A DNA stretch of 20,000 bases, taken from the NCBI GenBank assembly GCA_026025075.1, contig JAPEUI010000090.1, positions 46,473-66,472 on the forward strand, in the 5' to 3' direction. The notes beneath the pieces are model-generated. The model did no database searches. It saw nothing but the letters and a program-made list of their open reading frames with translations, and was not told where the DNA came from. A program made the translations under genes and the position numbers. The DNA comes from Vezdaea acicularis (taxonomy: Eukaryota). Shown piece after piece: positions 1 to 9,379 of this stretch (position 1 is the stretch's first letter; every line of letters starts with the position of its first letter).

Positions 1-1304
1 AGATGGTATCCTTTAGATGGTGGTATTGTAAGTCTCCTCTGCCAAACCTGGGATTGTAGAAACTTACGGGGAAGAAAAAAAAAGATTAAGAACTAACGAG
101 TGGTTGGTAATAGGGCCATGGTCGCATTCGTATATCGCTTCTTTTCCGAAGTGTCGAAACGAAACTACCGCCAAACATGCTGGGGTGGGATGTCGGTACA
201 TTTGAGTTCACCTCTGACAAAATCCTAGCCCTCAACTACAGCAGCCACGCAAAACTGAAGTTACGTACGGGTGGTAGCTCCGGGCAAATTCCTCGAACCC
301 AGGCGAGAAAACTTCCTGAAGGTGATGGTATATTCTGGGACGTTGAAAAGAAGGATGGCAAGAACAATATACGACTACCTGTCAAGTACCGGTACCGCTC
401 TCCTGTTATATTCGAATTCCATGTCTCCGGAAAACGAGGCGCGGACGCGTACGCCATCATCTGGCTTCACCATCTCACCGATAACCATGAGGTTGATATC
501 AACATTCCAATATGGAAGACCAAGAATGGTGCTAGGCTTACTCAGAACTACGTTACTGAGGAGAACCTTAAAGGTCAAGTCGGTCTTGAAGATATTGAAG
601 AAGTCGGGCGTCTTCAGTTCCGTTGCCAATTCAAGGCTGGCACAGATGAGGAGCATGCGAAGTACGTCACGGACAACGACTCTCGCGAAACACAAGAGAC
701 CTGGGAAGCATGTCGTGCTGAGGGAGTGCGTGATCGTAAGGTGACCAAAGAAATGCCGGCAGCTGTACAAGAACTACACGATCGCTCTCTAACACAAGGC
801 CGCGATGTCCTCAGTAATGCCCCTGAGGAAGAAAAGAAGAAGTGGCTTGCAAAGGACGGTAAAGACTGGAGCGGTGCTTTCGGTGAGGACCCTGCAAAAC
901 TCGTCGATAGGCGCGGAAGCCAGCAAGCAAATGGGCAAGCCAATGGGCAAGCAAAGCACTCCCCTGAAAATCCAAGCGACGACGATAACGGGTCCGCTGA
1001 CGAGGACGACTCCGACACGGCCTCTGATAGTGATCTAGGGATTCAAGATGGCGAGACGCAGCAGGATACCTATGCCGATGGGCCTGCCAATGGCGACAAG
1101 AAATTAAATCCCGTCAGCAGCTTCAAGTCCTACAAGGAAAATGAGAAGGGCATGCATCGCAAGCATCGTGGCTTGATGCAGTGGAAACCAGTGCGTAACA
1201 TAGCCTTCGCGAAGGATGAAACAAAGTTCGCGGTCAAGAAATTGAAGCACAAGATGACTGGTGGTCTGGGCGGACGAGAGCCGGATGTGGAAACAGAGGT
1301 TTAA
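1..1304 (+). CDS. mug190: C2-domain protein, Mug190/tricalbin-like family; 3' portion only (gene begins upstream of window)
   Basis: Exons <1..27 and 114..1304. Intron 28..113 has GTAAGT donor, ACTAAC branch and TAG acceptor. Spliced product reads RWYPLDGGI-GHGRIRISLLFRSVETKLPPNMLGWDVGTFEF and is in frame with ORF 177..1304. C-terminal HRKHRGLMQWKPVRN...REPDVETEV block is typical of fungal Mug190-like proteins (recognised from memory). Confidence 0.8.
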
Positions 1305-1337
1305 AGCGCTGTTGCTTGGAGCGCTAAAAGTAATTGC

Positions 1338-1343
1338 AATAAA
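1338..1343 (+). terminator. Candidate polyadenylation signal AATAAA of the C2-domain gene
   Basis: AATAAA 33 nt after the stop codon, followed by T-rich TTTGTAT. Confidence 0.4.
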
Positions 1344-1872
1344 TTTGTATCCAAGGGAGGAGGGGGGTTAAACATTCTGAAGAGCACAGGCTTCAATGGC
1401 GTGGTAGTTTGACAACAATGCTTATTTGCATTCACAAAACTTTTCTCTGTCGGTGTCTACGTAGGACCATTTGGCCAACTTAAACTTGCTTGACGGTACT
1501 TACCTTCTTGTCTTATGCTGCTTTGATATGTCAAAAGGGAATAACGACCAATATGCTATTCGGTGAGAGCGAGTAAAGATGTGAGACCGCGGAAATCCGG
1601 AAGCTAGTCAGACCCGAGCGCCCCGGCTCAGCAAGCAAGCCGCGGTGCTTTCTCCCATTGGACACTTATTTCTCCGGATATGGCAATAAGCTGGATCAAG
1701 CCACATGATTGTAGCATCGCCCGAATCGCCGACAAGCCCCTAAGCGAGCAATCTTAAAACGCCTGCACACGTACTCCTATGACATCGTGCAGGCGCTATG
1801 AAGCCTCCTTTCGTAAAAATTCTCAAACCCAAGCCATCATCAAGTCTCGCTGGATATTAGATATTCGCTACG

Positions 1873-3737
1873 ATGATAGGGACTTCGATGACGGCTGTTG
1901 GTCTGCGGAACAGCTTTAATGCTCAACGAGCAAGCCCGAGAGGGCAGTTCCTGGCTCTCAACATTAATCTGTATGAATGCTTGTCCCAACATTATTTTTG
2001 CCTTGCTGATACGGCCACCCCGTAGAATACGCAATATAGTCTTTGTCTTCTTCATCCTTCGCTGGTCCCGCAAATCTTTCTTCAAGCTCCGTGGCCGAGG
2101 TATCTTTGGCACTGTTCAAGACGCCTATCTCTCTGTTCGGCGGACACTCTATGGCTACTTCCTCAACGCTCCTGGGGTACGAGGCCAAGTAACAAAGCAG
2201 GTTACCGAAGCAATTACCGGCCTTGAGAAAAAACTTGTTCCATCGGGTCCTAATGTGGTGCGGCACCTTGCACTACCAAAGGAGGGATGGACGGACGAGC
2301 AAGTACGGGAGGAACTTGGAAATCTTGCGAATATGGAACACACGAAGTGGGAAGATGGCCTTGTGAGCGGAGCGGTCTACCATGGAGGTGATGAACTGTT
2401 AAAGCTACAGACAGAGGCGTTTGGGAAATTCACCGTCGCGAATCCAATCCACCCTGACGTGTTCCCTGGCGTGAGGAAGATGGAGGCGGAGGTTGTTGCG
2501 ATGGTAAGACTATTATCTCTGGCTTTCTAGTGCGCAGTACTTACTTGGACCTTGCATAGGTCCTTGCTATGTTTAATGCACCTAAAGATGCAGCGGGTGT
2601 TAGCACTAGTGGTGGCACCGAGTCTATTCTTATGGCCGTCCTCTCTGCTCGTCAGAAGGCTTTGAAAGAACGGGGCATCACGGAGCCAGAACTGTAGGGT
2701 TCACCTTCGCCCTCTGATGCCCCCTATACTAACATCTTGCTAGGATCCTTCCCGAAACCGCTCACACCGCGTTCCGTAAAGCCTGCAACTACTTTGGAAT
2801 AACTATGCATCTCGTTCCCTGCCCTGCTCCTAGTTACACTGTCTCCCTCCAAGCCGTCAAACGTCTAATCAACGGCAACACAATCCTTCTAGTAGGCTCA
2901 GCCCCTAACTTCCCCCACGGCCTCATCGACGGCATATCCGGTCTCTCTGCTCTCGCTGTCCGCTATTCCCTCCCGCTTCACGTCGACTGCTGTCTCGGCT
3001 CTTTCCTTGTCCCTTTCCTCGCACGTGCGGGCTTCGAAACTACACCATTCGACTTCAGCCTTAAGGGCGTTACTAGTATCTCTTGCGATACACATAAATA
3101 CGGTTTCGCGCCCAAGGGCAACAGCGTTGTCCTCTATCGTAGTAGGGCGCTCCGCGCATATCAATATTTCATCTCTCCCGACTGGTCCGGCGGCGTCTAC
3201 GCTTCTCCTGGCATTGCTGGCTCTCGACCTGGTGCTCTCATCGCAGGGTGCTGGGCGAGCATGATGCGCGTTGGTGAGGCTGGGTATATCTCATCATGCC
3301 ATCGTATCGTTGGCGCTGCGAAGAGGCTCGAGGCTGCAATTAGGGAGGACCCCGTGCTTAACGAAGATCTGAGGGTCTTGGGTAAGCCGCTAGTTAGCGT
3401 TGTTGCTTTCACTAGCGATTCTCTCGATGTCTATGATTTGGCGGATGGCATGAGCGCCCGCGGATGGCATTTGAATGCCCTACAGGATCCACCAGCGATA
3501 CACGTAGCCGTTACACTACCGATTGTAGCAGCTCTGGACAAGCTCATTGCGGACCTGGTAGGCGCCGTAGAGGCAGAGAAAGAAAAAGAGAGAGTTCGAG
3601 TTGCGGAAGGCAAAGGCGCAAAAGGCGGCGCCAAAGGGGATACAGCCGCCTTATATGGCGTTGCTGGGAGCTTACCGAATAAGAGCGTTGTAGAGCAGTT
3701 GGCGGCTGGATTTCTCGATACTCTGTATAAAGCCTGA
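1873..3737 (+). CDS. DPL1: Sphingosine/sphinganine-1-phosphate lyase (PLP-dependent, group II decarboxylase fold), about 567 aa
   Basis: Exons 1873..1970, 2026..2503, 2560..2693, 2744..3737. Introns are 55, 56 and 50 nt (GTATGA..TAG, GTAAGA..TAG, GTAGGG..TAG); total 1704 nt in frame. Motifs: VSGAVYHG, NPIHPDVFPGVRKMEAEVVAM, TSGGTESILMA, HVDCCLG, PLP-lysine SCDTHKYGFAPKG. N-terminal hydrophobic anchor NIVFVFFILRW. An alternative in-frame ATG is at 1888. Confidence 0.95.
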
Positions 3738-4189
3738 AATGATCACGGAAGGCTAGACATGGGTTGCATGGGATGGCGCAAGCTGGTAAATGCTTGATGT
3801 ATTGTATTATTGCCCTGTACTTATAAGGAATAACAGTCTTTTGAACGAGTACCTCGCCTTTACTGAGACCTTGTAGTAATGTTATGTGGGAATGACCAAT
3901 GAAAGCAGCGAGCGGTAGCAGTCTTGCTCAGCCGTAGGCTTATTGCCTTAGCATTCTGTTGCACGATGACTGGATCTACAGATTCTTGATCTCGTTGCAT
4001 CCAGCTCCGCCTAAGCGTATGCCGCAGTCTGGCCCTCTGAAGGATTAGACTGATACAGTTCAATGAGCCTGGCATATGATACAACCACTCCCAAGATCCA
4101 ACCAAGCTGCCAGTAGCACCGCTAGGTCTTTCTCTCATTTGTTCGATCATCGGTCCTCTCCCCTAGTCCCCCTTTTGCGACCCGCCCTC

Positions 4190-4450
4190 TCACCGTGGCA
4201 TCGCGCTCTCAACATAATATCCCGGATCCGGCCTCCTCTGCTCCCTCTGCTCCTGCTTACTCAAAGCATGTTCCACCTCTTCTACATCGACCAACTCCTT
4301 CACTTTCATTATTTGCCCCGCGACGTCCGGCGTTACGGGGTGGTAGACGGTGCGCATTCGCTTTCTTAGGCCCAAGGCGGCGAGGACGCCGCGCGTGCGC
4401 ATGGGAAGGCCGATCGCGCTGCGCATTAGGGTTATTCGAAAGTAGGCCAT
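4190..4450 (-). CDS. MRPL33: Mitochondrial large-subunit ribosomal protein uL30m, 86 aa
   Basis: [16 protein letters not shown]...[37 protein letters not shown] is the L30 family signature, followed by the [10 protein letters not shown] tail seen in fungal MRPL33. Confidence 0.93.
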   Translation of the reverse strand: MAYFRITLMRSAIGLPMRTRGVLAALGLRKRMRTVYHPVTPDVAGQIMKVKELVDVEEVEHALSKQEQREQRRPDPGYYVESAMPR

Positions 4451-4845
4451 TGTAGAAAAGGTATAGTGAGGGGTCGTGGGAGATGTGTGAGGTCGCGTCG
4501 AGGAATTGACATGTAGGGGGAGTATATGGGAAGAAACGAATTACGGGGATAACCTAGGAGGGAAAGTGAAGTTAGTATTGCTGCGCTGAAATCAGATCCA
4601 CACGGGCATAGAGATGGGACCATTTCACCTCAGTACATCTTCGCGGTGTGTTCCAAACTATGTAATAACTTCCGGCGGCGCTCGAGGTGAACTATAATGT
4701 TACCTCGTTGTCGGTATCTAAGTTCGAAATTTTCGAATCAGACTGAAGCGACTGCTCGTTACTATCCTATCGATGAACGTCCTGCACAACACCTCACCCA
4801 TGAACATGGCTTAAGGCCAGCGCGACACCACGGCTCATAATTACT
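4451..4845. promoter_or_regulatory. Short bidirectional promoter region shared by MRPL33 (-) and SEC6 (+)
   Basis: 395 nt separate two divergent start codons. Contains the near-palindrome TTCGAAATTTTCGAA (4723..4737), which has a GAAATTTT core. Confidence 0.7.
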
Positions 4846-7119
4846 ATGAGTGATGCGCAAGCTATCACGGTGAAGCTCGCCGAGCTCCTCCGCCAGCCAG
4901 AAGACCTTGACAAAATCCCCGCCCTTAAGTCCGAGTTCCTACGGAAGAAGTCCGTCGTTGATGGGCAGCTCAAGCTCGGCCTCAAGGAGCAGCTCGAAGT
5001 CACACAAGATGGCATCACATCAATCACGGACGGGCAGAGGACCGTCAATCTTATCAAGGAGGAGATGATGAAGATCGACAAGCTCTGTGCTGAGGCGCAG
5101 ATTCGCGATTTCCCCAATATCAACCTTGTCTCGCAGACACACCGGAATTTTGGGAATGTAGAACGTATGAAGGCGGACTTGGAGGCCTTCAATGATCAGC
5201 TTACGAGGGTGGATCGGCTGATTGAGGAAGACGAGTACGATATTCGACATCCGCAGGGGCAGGTGCGGATGCCGAACCTGATTCCAGCGCATTACGAATT
5301 GACTAAGTTGAGGAATATCCGGGATGACGCAATAGATCAGATACGGAAGGCGGAGGATACGTCGCTACAAAGTACTTTGGAGGACTATTTCTCAAGATTG
5401 GATGTTACTATTGATCGCTTTGACAGCAACATTGACTATATCTGCGAGAATATCATCGGTTTTGTCGCCAATGATGGCGGTGGCTTAGTGGTACGGATGG
5501 CGGTAGTAATCGAAGATGAGGAAAAGAATGATCTCAGAGCGCAGCAATTACAGGATGCTCAGAGGGACTACAAGGAGCTGGCAGCACGCTTTAAGTCAAT
5601 CACTACGGGCCATCGAGAACTGCGAAATTACAAGCAACGGCTGCTTGACCATATCAGGAAGCACGCAGAAGTCCAATTGGAAGAAACAAAGTATGCTTTT
5701 GAGGGTGACACAAGTCAGCTCTCGAAAGCACTTAGATGGTTCTACCAGGAACTATTCACGGTACAGCAAGGGCTCGTCAAGCTGATGCCAAAGAAATGGA
5801 GGATCTTCAAGACCTATGTAGGGATCTACCACAACCTAATGCACGACACTCTCCTACACTACGTCAATTCGGACGACGCAGGTGCAGATCAGCGCCTTGC
5901 AATCATCAACTATGTTCCAATATATTACCAAAAGATGGATAAGCTCCAGGTGCCAATAGATTGGCTGGATCCACATGTCCTCGACAATCGTGAAGAGGAA
6001 GTTGAGCGCGACTGGCGCGACGAGATTATTGGCAAGTGTGACTCTTATACAGCTACTATAATGAGATCAGACAAGAGCAAATTCCTTAGCCGCAATATCG
6101 AGGGCCTGCGCACAGATGATGCCGATCTACCTCGGACACCTGGCAACTTCGATCTCTGGAAGCTCTTTCATTCACAACTCGATATTGCTGCAAGTGCTTC
6201 CCGCGACTCGATCTTGGAAGGCGTTGTCTCGAATATATTCCGGATCTTGCGGCTACGGCAAGAAACATGGTTGTCACTTGTTGACTCTGAAGTTAGCAAG
6301 ATGACCAACAACCCCAATCAAGGTTCAACAGAATGGCTGGAGGACCGTCACTCTCTCGAGTTCTGGCTCGTGGCTATCGCCAATGACCAAATTAATGCTA
6401 TCGACGATGACCCTTCCACAGGACATGTTGGTTTCCTTTCGGCATTCCAAGCCGCATTAACACCTCTCTGCAACCCCAATTTTCTTGGTCATGCGAGTCA
6501 GCAGCTAGAAGCTATCCGCATCGCCTACATTGATGTTGCTACACGCTGTACAGAGGCGCTTGCAGCTCTGGCTCTGCTTGATGTACAACCTGCCGTGGTA
6601 AAGCTATTTACCCCCGCCTGGTACAACGAGCAGTTGATGAGCACTATTCTCTTGACGTGCACGGACGTCGTCCGCGAGTACAATGAAGGCCTGCTGCATG
6701 CCATCCTATACGACATCTTTGCGGAGAATTTGCATGAGGCTGTGCTTGTGCAGTACCTCTCGGCGGTACGTAATAAGAATGCAAAGTTCAAGCGCTCAGA
6801 CCGGTTCTTAGATCAGTTCCGTAGCGACTTAGAGGAAGTCCTAGCGTTTCTAGATGGGTTTACAGATGCGGCGAGGCTAAAGGACGACTGGAGGGTTGTG
6901 GATCGGCTTACAAGAGTGCTTAGTTGTGAGAAGTTGAAGGTGCCGGATGAGGTTGAGGGCTTTAAGAGGGTGGCACCTGACTTGCAGGCCGGTTGGGTGG
7001 AAGCGGTGATCAGAGCGAGAGACGACTGGGACAGAGGCATGTTGAGATCAGCGAAGGCGAAGATGGTGGGAGTAGGGGTAAGGGGGGATGTGAAGAGTGT
7101 TATGAGTAAGGTAAAGTGA
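4846..7119 (+). CDS. SEC6: Exocyst complex component Sec6, 757 aa, intronless
   Basis: N-terminus LAELLRQPEDLDKIPALKSEFLRKKSVVDGQLKLGL, then INLVSQTHRNF, MPNLIPAHYEL, MPKKWRIFKTY and WLVAIANDQ motifs. Length and helical character fit fungal Sec6. Confidence 0.93.
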   Translation: MSDAQAITVKLAELLRQPEDLDKIPALKSEFLRKKSVVDGQLKLGLKEQLEVTQDGITSITDGQRTVNLIKEEMMKIDKLCAEAQIRDFPNINLVSQTHRNFGNVERMKADLEAFNDQLTRVDRLIEEDEYDIRHPQGQVRMPNLIPAHYELTKLRNIRDDAIDQIRKAEDTSLQSTLEDYFSRLDVTIDRFDSNIDYICENIIGFVANDGGGLVVRMAVVIEDEEKNDLRAQQLQDAQRDYKELAARFKSITTGHRELRNYKQRLLDHIRKHAEVQLEETKYAFEGDTSQLSKALRWFYQELFTVQQGLVKLMPKKWRIFKTYVGIYHNLMHDTLLHYVNSDDAGADQRLAIINYVPIYYQKMDKLQVPIDWLDPHVLDNREEEVERDWRDEIIGKCDSYTATIMRSDKSKFLSRNIEGLRTDDADLPRTPGNFDLWKLFHSQLDIAASASRDSILEGVVSNIFRILRLRQETWLSLVDSEVSKMTNNPNQGSTEWLEDRHSLEFWLVAIANDQINAIDDDPSTGHVGFLSAFQAALTPLCNPNFLGHASQQLEAIRIAYIDVATRCTEALAALALLDVQPAVVKLFTPAWYNEQLMSTILLTCTDVVREYNEGLLHAILYDIFAENLHEAVLVQYLSAVRNKNAKFKRSDRFLDQFRSDLEEVLAFLDGFTDAARLKDDWRVVDRLTRVLSCEKLKVPDEVEGFKRVAPDLQAGWVEAVIRARDDWDRGMLRSAKAKMVGVGVRGDVKSVMSKVK

Positions 7120-7424
7120 TGGCAGTATATCTAGGTAGGCGTTTGGCGCCGCGAACTTCTTGAGGGGGAGGAGCGATACTCCGCATTCAAATTAGAATGA
7201 TGTACCATAGAATTATCTTACTCTTAAATTACAAGAGATCCTTCCAGAGATTGCGGTAAATCTTTTGAATATATGAAAACCGCTCGCTAAAACCTTCACC
7301 CAATCGGCCCCAACTTCAAGAAGCGTGCTGGGAGGAGAACAGATTGACCTTACCTTCAGCCAGCCTAGGGCTCTAATTCTCAACATCTTGCCAGCTAGAC
7401 CTTGGGCGCGCGTGGACTTCCGCC

Positions 7425-8572
7425 ATGCCTTCCCGGATTAATATTCCGCCCCTGACGCGGATACTGCTCCTCGTCCAATTCGCGCTCTCTTTGATCCATG
7501 GCATCGTCCGCCTAAACGGATCCCACCGACCTCTGCTTCTCAACGGCATCAATGACCCCTCGTACCCGCTCCCCTTCCTGACGATCGTTCCGGCGCAATC
7601 TATATTGTATCCATGGGTGTTCTTGATAGCGAGTTTGGTGGAGTATAGTGTCTTGACCTACGCAATCTCGGCGGCGACCCTGTTCTATGGCGGGAAATAC
7701 CTCGAGCGGGCGTGGAGCTCGACGGCCTTTGCGAAGTTCCTGCTCGTTGTGGCCTTGGTTCCGAATATCCTGACAACAGTGATGTTCGTGCTGGGATTTG
7801 CAATTTTAAGGGCCCCGGCGCCGCATTCGAGCATCAATGGAGGCGTTGCGATGCAGGCCGCTTTCTTAGTAGCTTTCAAGCAGCTGGTCCCGGAGCATAC
7901 GGTTACAATCGCGAAGGGCATCATCAAGATCCGGGTGAAGGTACGTCTTCTCAGTCCTTAAACTATGCGGGTGGTACTTACTGTCTCTAGCATTTCCCTG
8001 CCCTATTCCTTCTTTGGCACCTCGCCTGGGGCATTCTATACGGCACACGCGCCTCTATGAGCCTCGCATTCTTTGGTTTCTTGGCATCATGGGTCTACCT
8101 ACGCTTCTACAAAGTCTCCTTCCCCGATCTCGACGTCTCTCAACCCGCGTCTCTCCGAGGCGATGCATCTGAAACCTTTGCATTCGCCTACTTCTTCCCT
8201 GAACCGCTACAGACGCCTATCGCATCCGTGGCCGATCAAATCTACCATGTTCTGATAGCAACGAAAATCTGTACACCTTTCTCCGCTGCGGACGTAGACG
8301 CAAGCAATACACAGGCGGCACAAAGGGGCGAGGGCGGGTTGTCAAGTTTGATGAACAGGGGTGCACCAGCTCCTGGCAGTACCAGGGCAGAGGCAGAGAG
8401 GAGGAGAGCATTAGCTCTGAAAGCTTTGGATCAGAGACTCCATGCAGCAACTAGCAAGCCTGCGGCAGCAGCTGGGCCTTCAGCACCCTTAGGGGGATCC
8501 TCCATGCTGGGGGAGACAACCTATGCGCAAGAGGAACACGACGAGAGTGGGAAGAGGACAGGTGAGCCTTGA
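7425..8572 (+). CDS. TMEM115: TMEM115/DUF1751-family rhomboid-like integral membrane protein (Golgi), about 365 aa
   Basis: Exons 7425..7940 and 7991..8572; 50-nt intron GTACGT..CTAG joins IKIRVK-HFPALFL in frame. Family motifs: GGKYLERAWSS, FLVAFKQLVPEHTV, SWVYLRFYK, GDASETFAFAYFFP, AEAERRRALALKALDQRL. Confidence 0.88.
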
Positions 8573-9317
8573 TTGTGCTTTTCGCAGCAATAGACCAGGT
8601 GGTCTTGTATATGCTTACCATGTGATGAGAAATCTCGGCGTAAGGGTCTCTTTTTCTTTTCAGCTAAATCCATACCACAGAGTCTAGAGGTTGTGTTTGT
8701 ACAAAATCTTGAAGTAAATATGAGCTCACGCTTGTCGGTGCTGTACACCAAGCTGCAGCTGCAGTTTGAGGTTTCTTTGCTTTGCCTCTGCCTTTTTTCT
8801 ACCAGTCTCCAGATCAGCGCACATGCACTTTATCTGCAATTACAGAAAAGATGCGTCAAGTGGCTGCGGTGCGAACAATTGATGCTTTATATACTCTTCT
8901 TAGCTGTGAATCTCCGCCAATTGATGGGGGCAGAATGGTGCAGCGGTTAGATGCCTCACTAGAATGACGCCGTGAAACCAAAGGCCACGTTTCGTCGCGA
9001 GACTCGTCGCAATCCATTTGTTGAGATAGATACTGCGAGATGCTTCAAACCTCCCAGGGGTGAGATGGCGCCCCCCCACATCGGACAAGATTTTTGCTTT
9101 TGTGCTAATAGCTTCTAAAATCATGTAGATTGAGTGAGAGTAATCTACCTCTGAGCTTCGAGTTGGCGTTTTGGTACGACTTTTAAGCACTTGGCTTGTC
9201 CTAGGGTAGACACCGGGGAACCAAGACGAATACTTATACTTTCCCGACTGCTGCGATATATTCCCCTGCATTGCAGGGATTAGCCTAGCGCGAGCCGATC
9301 CCGCGTATCGATAAACG

Positions 9318-9325
9318 GAAATTTT
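9318..9325 (+). promoter_or_regulatory. RRPE/RGE-like element (GAAATTTT) upstream of RRP12
   Basis: Matches the AAAWTTTT-type ribosome-biogenesis motif and lies about 55 nt upstream of the ATG of a Ribi gene. Confidence 0.45.
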
Positions 9326-9379
9326 GAACATTTCGGCACACCTTGGAAAAAGCTTCGCGAGGAATGCCAAAGCTTCAAA

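Noticed and set aside
924..953. 12-nt tandem duplication (QANG-QANG-QA)
   Set aside because: Ordinary slippage in a disordered linker.
1497..1505. TACTTACCT resembling the U1 snRNA 5' end
   Set aside because: No U1 stem-loops or correctly placed Sm site follow. It is better read as a minus-strand donor-like sequence.
3735..3743. Stop read-through or cryptic peroxisomal targeting, checked at all eight stop codons
   Set aside because: None has the TGA-CTA read-through context.
4426..4434. TTAGGGTTA / TAACCCTAA, resembling a telomere repeat or telomerase template
   Set aside because: Only 1.5 repeats, and it lies within MRPL33 codons (I-T-L-M).
8622..8810. C-box-like GTGATGA and U5 loop-like GCCTTTTTTCTAC
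   Set aside because: No CTGA D-box at a suitable distance, and the U5 loop 1 (GCCTTTTAC) is not matched exactly and lacks a flanking stem.
8929..9062. Functional intron-containing tRNA-Ser(AGA)
   Set aside because: Acceptor and T stems do not pair, G53 is missing and the D-stem lacks a base. Kept only as a tRNA-like finding.
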